Source: Botryllus schlosseri
Lineage: Eukaryota
Length of the DNA: 64,000 nucleotides
Assembly: GCA_051294905.1 (NCBI GenBank)
Contig: CM119372.1
Span: 9,798,001-9,862,000 of the forward strand
Direction of reading: 5' to 3'
The notes under the pieces are model-generated. The model was not told where the DNA came from. It ran no database searches and was given only the letters and a program-made list of their open reading frames with translations. Both the position numbers and the translations under genes were made by a program. This document shows positions 52,201-64,000 of this stretch, piece after piece (position 1 is the stretch's first letter; each line of letters begins with the position of its first letter).

Positions 52201-55200
52201 TTTTTATGCGGCCAGCGCCATGCATAGAGTGGCCTGAAGTTGAAATGCAAAGAATTTCAACCAACGATGTCATAATGACGTGAAAAATTGTAATATATAA
52301 AAAAGGTTAACAGTGCAGAACCTATCAAGGTTCGTTTGCGAACGTGAACCCCTAAATTTCTGAGGTTCACACACATAACAGCCTCACGTTCACACCATTC
52401 CTAATTAACCGCTATTCCCGAATAACTTCAAGATGATCTGCTACATAGAAATGACTACGCTGGACATTATATTAATAAAATGATGATGGTGATGATATTG
52501 GTGCCATGTATGTTGCGATCAGACCCAAAGTTGTCGTTGGAAGTGTTACGCGTTATTATTACATTCGCCATCACCTATCTTTATGTAAATTAATAGATTT
52601 TCGGCACTCGTTCATCTCAAATCGACGACGCGGATTCTCGAGACACGGCAGCTTATTTCAAAAAATGGCAGCCATAGAATTCGCTTTAAAATCATAATCG
52701 TCTTTCCAATGTCCACATAAATAGTATGATGTCAATTTCAAGAAAGGTCATATTGTTGCTGTTTATCACTAGCCTACAGTTAATATCTGTACAAAACTGA
52801 TGACGGTTGCACGGTGATAGAGCTAAATTTGAACCAAAACTTGAGGGGCCTGCGAGGGTCCATGACGGTCCAAAAGGGGTCCGTGAAGACAAAAAGGTTG
52901 AGAACCACTGCCATAGGGAATGAATTCTATAATATCACCCAGTATTATGGAGTGCTAGCATTACGCAATGCTAGAATGTCGCGCTAATCGCAGTTAGTCG
53001 ATTTACCATATATTATTCAATATTCAATCATCCACAATAAGCTAATCGCAATAAGTCGATTTACCATATATTATTCAATCGTTCACATTGTGATTAGCGC
53101 GTTATTTCACGTTATGTTATTAGCATTTGCACTTTCGCCATAAATATAAGGTCTGGGCTGGTAGTGCACCTTACGGCGCAGTAAAATCCTTGAACCACGC
53201 CTACCTAGTACCTACGCGACACGCCCTCCGCATACTATTCACAGGGATATCTCTGCTGACTATTCAGCTCTGTGCTGGTATCGGTATCTCCCCAAAACTG
53301 TACGCGGCGTAAGGCGCATTCGACGTGCGTGACTTACGCTGTGATAACCAGGGATATCCCTGACGATAACAAGTCGACCAATTACGTTCAGACGTGCCGC
53401 TACGTTATCGGTAATTGCGCATATGTAATTTCAAATAACAGTCCTCCGCATATAAGTGATGATCATCTGTACGCACGTATAGTGGTTACCTTTATTGAAC
53501 GATATGAAACGACGTTTTCTTCTCCTCCGTTGAAGGGTCAACGCCCGGGGTGCTAATTTCTCTCCTAATCGGTTCGCTTCATCCGGGAGTATTTGGTTGT
53601 AGTAACAGAATGAAAATTCTGTAGTAATCCTAATTGGTTGATAAAATCGTATCGACCGGCTGATCAATATGGACGTAATGGAACTGTCGTTTAACGCAGG
53701 GCAAGCCTATCAATCAATGTATAGACGACGACTGTGGAATAGCATTTCACTGGCAATCCGATAGTACACATTCACGCGTTGCCCAGTAGGGCTGTTCAGA
53801 AATAACTTTTTTACCCGGATTCAAGCCATTCACTGATTAAATTGTCAGGTTGCAATACAAATTTGAGTCAATTCCGACCAGTAGAAGCGGAGTTATGTGA
53901 GTTTTTCGATGAGAATTCTCGGATTATCCTTGATCGGTGGATAATCCGCGATTTATCAACGAAAATCTCACATAACTCCGCTTCTACTGGTCGGAATTGA
54001 CTCAAATTTGTTTTGCAACGTCTTTAAAGACAGCTCAACAATTTCATGGGGTTGGCAGAAAAATTTGGAAAATTTTATTTTCAATTTTCCATGATAAATT
54101 AAAAATTTTAATTGGATCTGCGGAGTCCTATACTTGTTAGAATCGAACCAAATTTGGTGTGCAGCGTTCTTTAGGGTAACCTGACAATTTAATCAGTGAA
54201 TGGCTGGATTCCGGGAAAAAAGGTTGTTTTTGAACAGCCCTATTGCCCAGTGCCCACATTCAAGTCAAAATAGACGCAGATTCCACTGAATAAATACTGG
54301 TCAGCGCTCGGGATTACCATACCAAGGTCTGATATATCGACTTCCACTATACCGTTACACGCCGCATGATTTTCATCGCTTGCCGTTTTTTCTTATGTTA
54401 TCTCATGTTTTTCATTGAATGTGCAACTGATCTGCATGTTATCTATTTATATGGAGTAATAACCTCGCGGACTGCCGGCGCCGGCGCCACGACATATTCG
54501 GCGACCCGCGGCTGGTTTCAGATTCCGGGAAAAACACGTGACTATTTATATATTTGAATGCTTATAATAATATCCGTTTCGCAACGGCAAGAATGTTCAT
54601 AATAATATCATCCCATGCGATCATCTACATCAGTCTCTTCTACATATTATGGGTGTTTCGGTAACATAGCGTGATTTGAATGGCGGACTGGCTGATGGCA
54701 ACTAGTGGTCATTGAATTGGCGTGGCAATAGGCCAGATGCAAACAATGACAATAGTGTGCTTGACTTTCTCTTGATGGGTGCCCAGTATTACTGAATCTA
54801 TACTTCTCATCGCTTTGAAATACCCGGATAGTCATTAAGTGAGTTGCGCTCATGTATTATAACATCCAATAAAAGTGATTGTATGAAACACGCTATTCTA
54901 GAGAAATGGGGGTACTGTTTGCTCTGTGAATGTAATGACCAAACCCTCTGTCCCATCTGTTTCGGAACTACTGCTCTCAGAAACAAATGCAGTGTTTGTC
55001 AGTATTTCGCAAGGAGGAGTTACTAGACACTCAATAACAAAACGCGAACAGAAGTTTTTGAGTGCTTTTCAAACCCTTCATTTGCTACTTTCACTTTAGT
55101 TTTAGTTTTGACATGTCTGGGAAATTGCTACTTCTAGTTGTAATTAAGTAGAAATTCCGTTACTTCTACATCTAGTTGAGTGGCAACGTTGACTACAATG

Positions 55201-57547
55201 ACCAACTCCGAGGATAAGTTATATTTATATCTCGATACTGCAATATTGTGGGTTACGGCCCTATCAACTTGGAGAAGAGGCCCTTTGCCTATTTTGAGTT
55301 GGCGACTCCCATTCTAGAACAAGATGGGTGTTTGATTGAAAGACTGCTCCTACTCGTTTCGACACCTATCTCTTCATTCTATCGTAATCTGGTGTTTTGA
55401 ATTGATGAAAATACTGATGAATGAAAGAATGAACGACAGAAAGTACCGTATACCTACTTTGCAGAAGAAGTTCGGCGGCAACCAGACGTCGAATCCCAAT
55501 GTTCTTCGGTACCAAAATAACGGGCTTATGAGCGCAGACATCAAATCAGAGACGCAAAGCGACATGATGAAGAACATGAATACGTTTCTGCGCACGGAAA
55601 GAGACTGCGTCAAGTACTTTCGTTGCGGACAAACGGACAGCGCGCAATAGCGCATTCACTGACCTTAACTTAGGAGTGCTCCGTATCACCACAATCGTGA
55701 GAGTGTTCAAAAATACACCGATCGCCAGAAAGAGAAATATCACTGTGCCGGAAAGGATGGTTACGCTGTCGTCGAACGGCTTGATGTAAGTCCTGTTAGG
55801 TGTAATTGCACTTCATTTCCAAAGTACGTTTTGGCGCCAATTCTATGAGTTATTTTGTTGCTACATTTAGCCTTTACTTTACGATAGAGAATGAAGCCAT
55901 GAAGTGATTGCGATATGCCCAAACATCCGAATAAACCTGATGGTGAAATGAAAAGAATGCAGCGTTGTCGCAGGCAGCACTCGCAGCAGTTTATAAAATA
56001 TCGTCCTCGAAGCATTGGTTCAACTTGCAGCGACAATTTCCATGATCAGCCGTCTATCACCACTAATGATATCTGGATGACAGTACATCGCACGAATATG
56101 AGGTCAGTGGAATTATCCAGACACTAGAGACCGCACCAAGCCTAAAATTGGCAGAAATCATTCACAATTGGACTCTGAATGAGGTTAGCGTGCCACACAG
56201 TAAGTAGGCTGCTTATGGTAGCTCTGCGTTGCCTTGATCATATTCTAACCTCCAAGGCAATGACTTGTTTGATAAACCATATTTTGTCAATATTTCAATT
56301 CAAGAGAGGAGATATGCTCATCTCAGGAACTGGAATAGTTGCATCAAACTTGTCCTGGAAAAAAGATCTCTCTGTATTTCGATTGAAATCAATGTGTCGT
56401 TTTATGAATTTTATATGACTGCCTGTCTGCATGTCACCGGTATTTTGTATGTATTCTCGTGGTGGATTTTATTATAACTAACCCGATAATGAAAACATAT
56501 TGTAAAATTGTGATGTCTTGCAATAGAAGGGTTAATATGCATGCCAGAAAGCAACAATGATTCAGGTACCGATAGGGCTAATTGCGGTTGTAAGCTGCAG
56601 TAGCGAGAGGGTTAATGCGCGGCAATAAGGGTTAATTAGTCTGCAGCGGAAGTGCGAAAATTGTATCTTTTGAAGCGTCATTTTGCCATCGAAAGCGTAC
56701 GGTACGCCGTGCGTTCGCTTTCCATTTTTCTCAATGGGCATTCCGCGCACACATGTGTCTGTATGCATCGGATATTCTATTCTATATATTTGACAAAATG
56801 TATTAGCCATGACAGAATCCATACATGGCATAGCTATTACAGGTGGTATCAATATCAATGCATCATTTCTTCCCATGTGTCCCATGATGCAGGTTTATCA
56901 TGGTACTGTCGGGATGGGATATTCCTATGTCCTCTCAGCATCATTCATATCGCGCGGTGTGACACACTGTAATTTACGTCATATTGCCACAAGTATATAT
57001 TTTGTAGACGACATAACACCGAAATTTTATATGTGAGTAATAAATAAACTTTGGTTGTATGTGCACGCAAACGGAAATGTCGTCGACAATGATACCTTGT
57101 ATCCAGTAGTATGAGCACAGTGAACACCATATAAGTCGATTGTAAATTGTGTAAATCGTGGTCATGTTTTCTGCATTGGAACACTGCATTCCATGTGATT
57201 CTTACGACATTTTTGCTTGCAAGATTCCGTGGCTATGGTTATAGCAACATATTCTAACAATGGTAGATTCGTGCTTTCACCCACGTGTTTTAAGTCTTGA
57301 CAGAGCTTACACACAGTTCCGAGAATTTTATACCAATCGCAATGTCGAGTTCGAACTATCTCATCTGTTTTGACTCGCGTACAAAAGTACTGCATAGCCT
57401 TCGCCTATACAATGCGATACAATCGATTAACTCGAATACGGTTATATTCGTTCTCATATTGAAATTGTGTGAGTGAAGGAAATATAGCGAGACTTACGGT
57501 ATCGTCGTTCCATTATCAAACGGAGTCATCGAAGCGTTGTAACTCAT
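46206..57547 (-). CDS. Class A orphan GPCR paralog D (most divergent), 7 exons, 360 aa
   Basis: Exons 57498-57547 (MSYNASMTPFDNGTTI), 55664-55792, 55458-55587, 48013-48141, 46840-46988, 46530-46765, 46206-46465 (1083 nt). GT-AG junctions, open frame, GAAGA-ATG start context shared with B and C. Exon 1 assigned by phase, length, two sequons and start context. Confidence 0.9.
47277..47639. mobile_element. TAGGGTTACCATA-family hAT MITE in intron 4 of paralog D
   Basis: TAGAGTTACCATAC...TATGATAACGCTA; TSD TACAATAC/TGCAATAC. Confidence 0.75.
48527..50679. mobile_element. Nested hAT MITE complex 1 (inner elements 48845-50331 and 49501-49805)
   Basis: Outer perfect TSD GACTAAAT (48519-48526, 50680-50687); inner TIRs CAGGGGTCTCAAAC...GTTTGGGACCCATG and CAGGGGTTCTTAACC...GGTTAAGTAACACCG. 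Confidence 0.7.
50705..52910. mobile_element. Nested hAT MITE complex 2 (inner elements 50996-52403 and 51693-52112)
   Basis: Outer TIR CAGTGGTTCTCAAC with perfect TSD CCATAGGG; middle TAGGGATGGTGTGAAC element; innermost TAGGGCTG...CAGCCCTA with TATTCACA/TATTTACA duplication. Confidence 0.88.
53787..54242. mobile_element. Foldback hAT MITE, TAGGGCTGTTCA family
   Basis: TIR TAGGGCTGTTCA; perfect TSD TTGCCCAG; long internal inverted arms, left arm partly deleted. Confidence 0.9.
56250..57400 (-). mobile_element. Possible heavily decayed L1/Tx1-type ORF2 C-terminus in intron 1 of paralog D
   Basis: Broken minus-strand fragments WNAVFQCRKHDHDL and VCKLC...GES resemble the Cys-rich end of L1-clade ORF2; many stops. 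Confidence 0.3.
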
Positions 57548-60500
57548 TCTTCTGACCTTCAATAATAGCAATCAACTCGGATCTACTAATTTCATACGAT
57601 CCGCACCGACTTCAAATTTCTAGCTTGCCAGGAATCTTAATCACATAAAAGAATAGCTAATCTGGACATAAATAATGTAACCCAACTGTTGGTCATCACC
57701 GTGAGAATAGCGAGTGCTGCAAATATGCAGAGAAATGCAATATATACTCATGTTCAAATATTCCGCATGGTATTAACATCGTACTAATAATGTAATCTGT
57801 AAAATTAATCGTGTGAATAATAGTTCCTTCTCGCTACACTCGGAAATGTCAAACGTATCTCTATATAAATCTGATACATTTTATACCCATGACCCGAAGA
57901 ATCAATCAATGCGACACCATGGATTCCAAGGAATTATTGCTCTTCCACTGTAATCAGAATTGGGATTATAAGGGCACGATTTTCCCTGATATCCGCTATT
58001 TCGAATTAGAACCGACCACGGCGCCTCTAAAGAATCACATCACGACCCGATTGTACGCGATCCGACCTACATTCCCCATTTTCAACGAGTAATCGCGCCT
58101 ATGTACAGGATGTGATCTCACGAATCTGCGTTAAAGTGAATCATGACACATTTTATACATATAGTGAAATTGCATATACGGAATTCTGGCATGCGACACG
58201 GTCATACACGAAATTTTAAAATGTGTACAATTGTAGAGTTCTAGTAATCGGGGGCATATCGATCCATTCGAGATTGAATATGGATCGATTGTCCATGCAT
58301 GTAATGTAGATCAATTACTGTTCAATGTTACAAGAGTATATCTTAACCGTTGGATATATGGTCGTAATTTGACGATGAAGATATTATATTCTATTATACT
58401 TCACAATATAAATGCTAACACAAGTCTACAAAGATACGAAGCCTACAACCATGCCAACTATACTGTCCAACTCGAACACTACCTCAAGCGTAAATAGCAG
58501 CGTATACGCAGCTTCATTGTGCATCAGGAACGCTTAGTTAATGGCAACGGTAAATTTTCTCTGCATCCGGTTGAAAACCCTCATTGTATATCTTGCGTAG
58601 TGCACTTTTGCGACTAAAGTTGATCATGCAGAAGCTGCTCGCATCAAGTACAGACTGCATAATTGGATAATGCTGTCATGACAACTATAAAAAATAGAGA
58701 TAGACCGAGGACTGCGGTGTCCGAAGGCAGCAAACCCAGAAAGTACCGATATGTTGGTGGTGAGAAATTCTCGTGCCATTCGCCGAACTGTTGTGCTAGA
58801 AGTGATGACTTCTTCGGTAAAATATGATCAGTCGCAGTTTATTTAACTTGCCTTATAAATCCCTCATTAACTTGATCCTTAATATTTCCACTCACGTCCG
58901 ACTGCGCCCAAGGCTTATTCGCGAGTATAGAGGGTTACATACAGTGTATTATGGCCACATCCATTGGCTTTCGTTAATATACGAGGCGTTGTTTTTCTCT
59001 AATAATTTCCACACGCTTCGGCAAGCCTGTGGTTGACAATGGCATTCACCCCGACCACTAATTCCCAGTTACATCCCGGCAATCAATCAGTTTCAATTAT
59101 TGTTTCTCGCCCTTGACGCGAAGGATACCTTGTCAATAGGAGCACACTTTGCGTATTTTTAATCCTCCGATCAAGCGATGATTGTCCTACGAACTAAGTA
59201 ATTTATGATTAATTGCATTCATATGTAGCAAGATGTTCGTCAACATATCGGCCCACCAGTCTAGTCGCCATTAAAATAACAAGCGAAAAATAGTCTTGCA
59301 AAAATTTAAAATGAAAGTTTCGAAGTTTGCAATCCATCCCGAACGCAAATCTCATTTTCGAAAATGAACGCTGCAACCATATCTAGATATAAATTGCCAA
59401 CCGGATGCACAATGCACATACACGGTGAATCCGCGATAACTTCCATGTCTCGGGTTGCATTTAAAACAAACATATTTAAACCATGGCCCTTGTTCAGAAC
59501 ATGTTTTTATTGTTTCTTTTTAGTCATGACGTCACAAATATTCAACTTTGACGTCACAGTGGTTTGTCATTGACAATTGAAAATATAGGGTGAATATGGC
59601 CCCTTCGACGAAAAGGACTTCCGACCACTGTCATAAACAGACCAAAAATATCTTTAACCACGACTACATCGTTATGCAGCATTTCTACGGTCGGCGGTAT
59701 TCATCATCAGAACACCTATTCCGTACCAATGATCTATATCTACATGCTATAACTGTTGAACCGACGAAGATTTCGTTGGTTCCAGCCACCCCACATCGTA
59801 TATGCGTCGACTATATTGGGTGTAAATCGTCTGTATGATCATACTACATGTTTTTTTCAGAAGTATTTACACAGCAATTATGGCATAACAGACAACGTAT
59901 GATTTTTTTCATTTTTTATAAAAGGCATTTGTTAAAACACTGCTTAAAACACTTTTTAAACAAAATGTTTTGAAAACACCGTATTTTTAAAATGTAACCC
60001 TAACCATGCCTATGTAAAAATGTATAATATATATCCCTCAGTACTTTTACTAGACATCTTTGCTGCGGCTGCTTTTTTTTATTGCAAAATCTTTCGTCAA
60101 CGCTTTTAAATATGCTTGGATTTAGTCCAATACCCAGGCTACCAAATAACACAGCTCTTCATCATGCCGCTTCCATGCTACAGGCTACTATGAACGAATT
60201 AGAACAAAACGAACGAAGGTAATGAATAATAATGGCCGCCACTGATGCTCAAAAGAATATTCTGATTCAATAATTTAATCATGTTTTTGCGCTTACGATC
60301 TCGATAATATATAGCTTACTCTTCCAAAATATGTGACCGCTTTACCATGACCTGTAATTAACCACGACCGAAGGTCATATTGTCATTAACTGCACCAAAT
60401 ATAGCTCACCGGATATTTATAATTAAGACCTGCATTTCCATATTATTTCTCCAAGTGTCGTACATTCCAGCGTCAGAACTTTAATAAAATCTTCATCGAC

Positions 60501-60753
60501 ATCTTTTCATTTGGATCATTTTAAATAACATAAAAATGGGGCATTGAGTGAGAAAATAATGTTCTGACACCACGCGATGCGTCCAATACGTTCTGTAACG
60601 GCAATTGTTCTTTTTCGATAGCTTTGTCGATTATTTACTTTCGTCGATTTTGTAATACTCTTCGCTTCTCGCAGGAGCAATCCGATAAAGCACAGAAATG
60701 TGAAGATTTACTTCACTCGACCAAGTGTCATCTTCTTTGAACACTTTAGTTAG

Positions 60754-61488
60754 CAGTGGTTCTCAAGCTTTTTGTCTTCCCGGACCCCCTTTGGACCCTC
60801 TCCCCACACACAGGTTTACTTCAAATTTTGCTCAATTTTAGTGCAAGCGTCACCTGTCTTGTGTAAATATTAACTGTAGGCTGCTGATAAACAGCAACAA
60901 AATGACTCACGTTTTAAAACATATTATTCATGTAGAAATTATAGGAAGACTTTCAGTATTTCAAAGTAAATTATGTAGCTGCATTTCTTGATATATGCGG
61001 TCGAGTTGTTAATAGAATCCGCGCCGTCGCTGTGATGTGACAGAGTACCTAAATGCCTTTCCACAAAGATAGGTTGTGGCGAATGTAGTAACAACGCGTA
61101 ACGCGTCTGACGACACCTTTGGATATGATCGCAACATATCTTTAATGAACATATTACGTTCAGTCTAGTCATTTCTAGCTAGCAGCTCATTTTGAAGATT
61201 AAATGAAATAGCGGTTTATCACAGGAGAAATGGATTTTTTTTCAAACAATTTGTTTCCAAAATGTCAACAAAACATATCTAAACAGCAATATGTCTGCAT
61301 CAGTAGGCTATTGGCATACATCATTAAATGACAAACATCATTGAACTAAGTTTCCTGTTACATTTGAGTCGCAAAGATTTTTCGTACACAAATTTAGTGT
61401 TAATTTTTATTCCTGAAAATTCAGCGATCCGCAACATTTATTTTGAAATTTTACCGGTCCGCGAGGATATAAAGGCTGAGAACCACTG
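60754..61488. mobile_element. hAT MITE, inverted relative of the outer 50705-52910 element
   Basis: TIR CAGTGGTTCTCA...TGAGAACCACTG; internal segments match 50705-50995 and ~52420-52910 in reverse. Confidence 0.8.
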
Positions 61489-61769
61489 CCATAGTTCTTA
61501 CCGTCGTAATAGTGTTCTGAAAATCAGTTACAGTTTCAACACTTATAAGCACGTATATTTAATAGCGCTATCCAGATTCTAGGAGGTATCAAATGCGTCC
61601 AATTGTACGAAACAGGCAATCCATAAAAGCGAATGAAGCACATGAAACCATACCGGGATTAACGACAATAAATACGATTTCATGCGGATTACGCCGATGT
61701 CTTCGTGATGAATTATTCATAGCTACGTGCAGACTGACACTTTGATTCGATACATTATTTGCAAGTTCC

Positions 61770-63400
61770 ATTTTGAATGAGAATGAGTTATACAGGGGCC
61801 CAGAGAGGAGTTTAAGAGTAGGTTATACAAAATACAACATAAATAATATATTACAATGAGGTAATAATCGTTCATCTCTTTCGACGCCGCATATTCCCAT
61901 ATATCCTCGCTACCGATTGCTTTTCATGAATCGCGTATAGGAGTCCCAACTGGGATGAAATAACAAAATTCAGAAGCGAACTAAGAAAAAACACAACTCG
62001 CTAAAACTGAATAAAAATTCTTCAAACTGCTGTGATAGCATATAATAACTTATTGCATGGAATACATCTTATTCGGACAGTGTCTAGGATGGACACATCA
62101 TCACCTCTATATCATTATTATTGTCCGGCGTATCTAAACATTCAAATAACCCAACACCGGAATCGCATTAGTTCTTACTACAGAAATACCGAACGAACTC
62201 TGCACACTTCCACCATCACTGTCAACCGAAATCAGTGGACGCGTGCTAACGAGAATCGACATGTTAACCATATTTTGTTAATCAATTTCGTTGGCAGAAA
62301 CATGCCTTAAATTAACATAAAGCCTTCATTCCGTTATCACACACGGTTTGGATCACGTAAATTTCCAAAGTCATTGACACGTCATCATTCACGAAACAAA
62401 ACTTATGATCTCGAGTAATATCCGCGACTGCCAGGAGCAAAATTGTTCGCGCTTTTGTAAAACGATTTATTTTCAGTAAATTAGCTTTGTAACAAATAAA
62501 TTCCATAATTTTCCCCTCTCGATACTAAGTTAGGAAGCTATCGAAAGAAGTCGAAATGCCATGACGCAATGAAGCTAGCCTTTAAGAAAACTGAATTGGG
62601 GCACCAAGGGCGTAAATCGTAAATTTTAGATGGATTAAAGAGTAGATCATCTGGTTCATCAGGTTTGAGGAAACCGGGTAATCGTGGCGCACATAGTGGA
62701 TCGAGTTTCATTTTTAATCCCATGATTTAGCAAACCCGGACAAAGTGTACACTGCGTAAAATTTATACGCATAAATATTTCCGATAATGTCCGCGACGAT
62801 TGTCTCATATATAGGTAATGGCTTCCCAAAAGACAATCGGATAATCAACGAATTATGCACGCACCACGCAGTATATCTTATCTATATCTTATCTATCTTA
62901 TATATATATATATTTTAATCCGTTGCATCGCTGTACCGTACTAATAGCACACGACTTTCATTTAGCTATGATGATGATAATTCTACCTTTTACGATATCA
63001 GTATCTTTTATCAGCAGCCAGCCGTTTAATTCGACAACCTGACATCTGACAACGCACTCACCACTGGATTGACAACTCTGGACACTTTGGGTAATAATCT
63101 CGCGTAACCTTGTCCGATTTTCTGCACTCTGATCAACAGTTTTTTAATCAGACGATTAACATTCTCGCAGATCAACGAACTTTATTATCTCAACCCAATA
63201 TGCGCCAGACAAGCGTGGTGTATTACGTGAAATTCATTTGGAAGCAAGCATGAATCGACATTCCGACACCTTGTTTCTTATCTACGGGATAACACACCCC
63301 GAATTTTCACTGTCTTTATTACGCTGAGCTGAATTTATTAATCCCAACCATTTGCAATCCAATTTATAACTAATATAATATGTGAATGCACGGCGGGGTC
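61770..63400 (-). mobile_element. Possible decayed LINE (CR1/L2-like) remnant
   Basis: Minus-strand fragments PSKIYDLRP, KFCFVNDD, CDNGMK and VRSV...AIPV occur in the order expected for RT motifs, ending in a CATTCT-type tail near 61775; heavily disrupted. Confidence 0.35.
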
Positions 63401-63512
63401 GGATCAGTACATCCCTATACCCAGAGTCATGTCGATCACACCCTATCCTACTCCGTTAAATTCCTTTGTTATTATTTATATATTTCACGCCATAATACTA
63501 TATCGTGCACCT

Positions 63513-63851
63513 CACGACTCCACTGGTAGTGGTTCGAATCCCGGTTCGGACCAACTTCTATGTGTCGGAGGTTTATCTGGGCTCCTCATCGCCGACCTCG
63601 CTGTTAACGCAGCGTCTTGAAAAGGCCCAGAAGAAGAGTGAGCCGAGCTCGAAAGTCGGCAGCAAAGATCTGTAAAGTGGACGCACGAAACCGAGAGGGA
63701 ATGAAGAGTGGGAGTGAGCGTGGAAGTGAAAAGTCGTCCTCATTACGAAAAAGCAAAGACGCTGGACTTTAAAAATGTACTGTCGTGGCGCACAAGGCCT
63801 AAAACAGGCGATACGCGCCACTGTAAAAGTGTATTCATAATAATAATAATA
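63513..63851 (+). mobile_element. 5'-truncated tRNA-like SINE, family 1
   Basis: B-box GGTTCGAATCCC, (AAT)n tail, perfect 13-bp TSD ATATCGTGCACCT (63500-63512, 63852-63864). Confidence 0.88.
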
Positions 63852-64000
63852 ATATCGTGCACCTAATGGCCGAGCTTTCAAAGTTGAATATCGTTGATAT
63901 TAGTACTTTCGTCGAACTCAATATTCAATTTCTAGAACATACTCCGATCCGCATTTTTTCTTGTACGATAATTGAATGTGACATCATTCGGGAAAATCGG

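Overview
AT-rich eukaryotic genomic DNA with GT-AG introns. The source is probably a marine invertebrate and possibly an ascidian, but that is a guess from repeat style and intron sizes. The main content is a head-to-tail minus-strand array of four paralogous class A (rhodopsin-like) GPCR genes. I assembled three complete 7-exon genes by hand (9593-16684, 357 aa; 30605-35099, 357 aa; 46206-57547, 360 aa) and the first three exons of a fourth (4352-5364). Intron positions and phases and internal exon lengths (129/130/129/149/236 nt) are identical across copies. The receptors share an unusual signature: DRY replaced by LR(L/Y), CWxP by GYLP, Asp at 3.32, Arg at 7.43 (the opsin Lys296 position) and Glu at 7.46. 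Introns and spacers are packed with non-autonomous transposons: hAT-type MITEs with 8-bp TSDs (often nested), long foldback elements, a CACTA-like element, a TA-flanked MITE, two tRNA-like SINE families sharing a core, hAT transposase C-terminal relics and decayed LINE fragments. Nearly all other ORFs in the supplied track look spurious.
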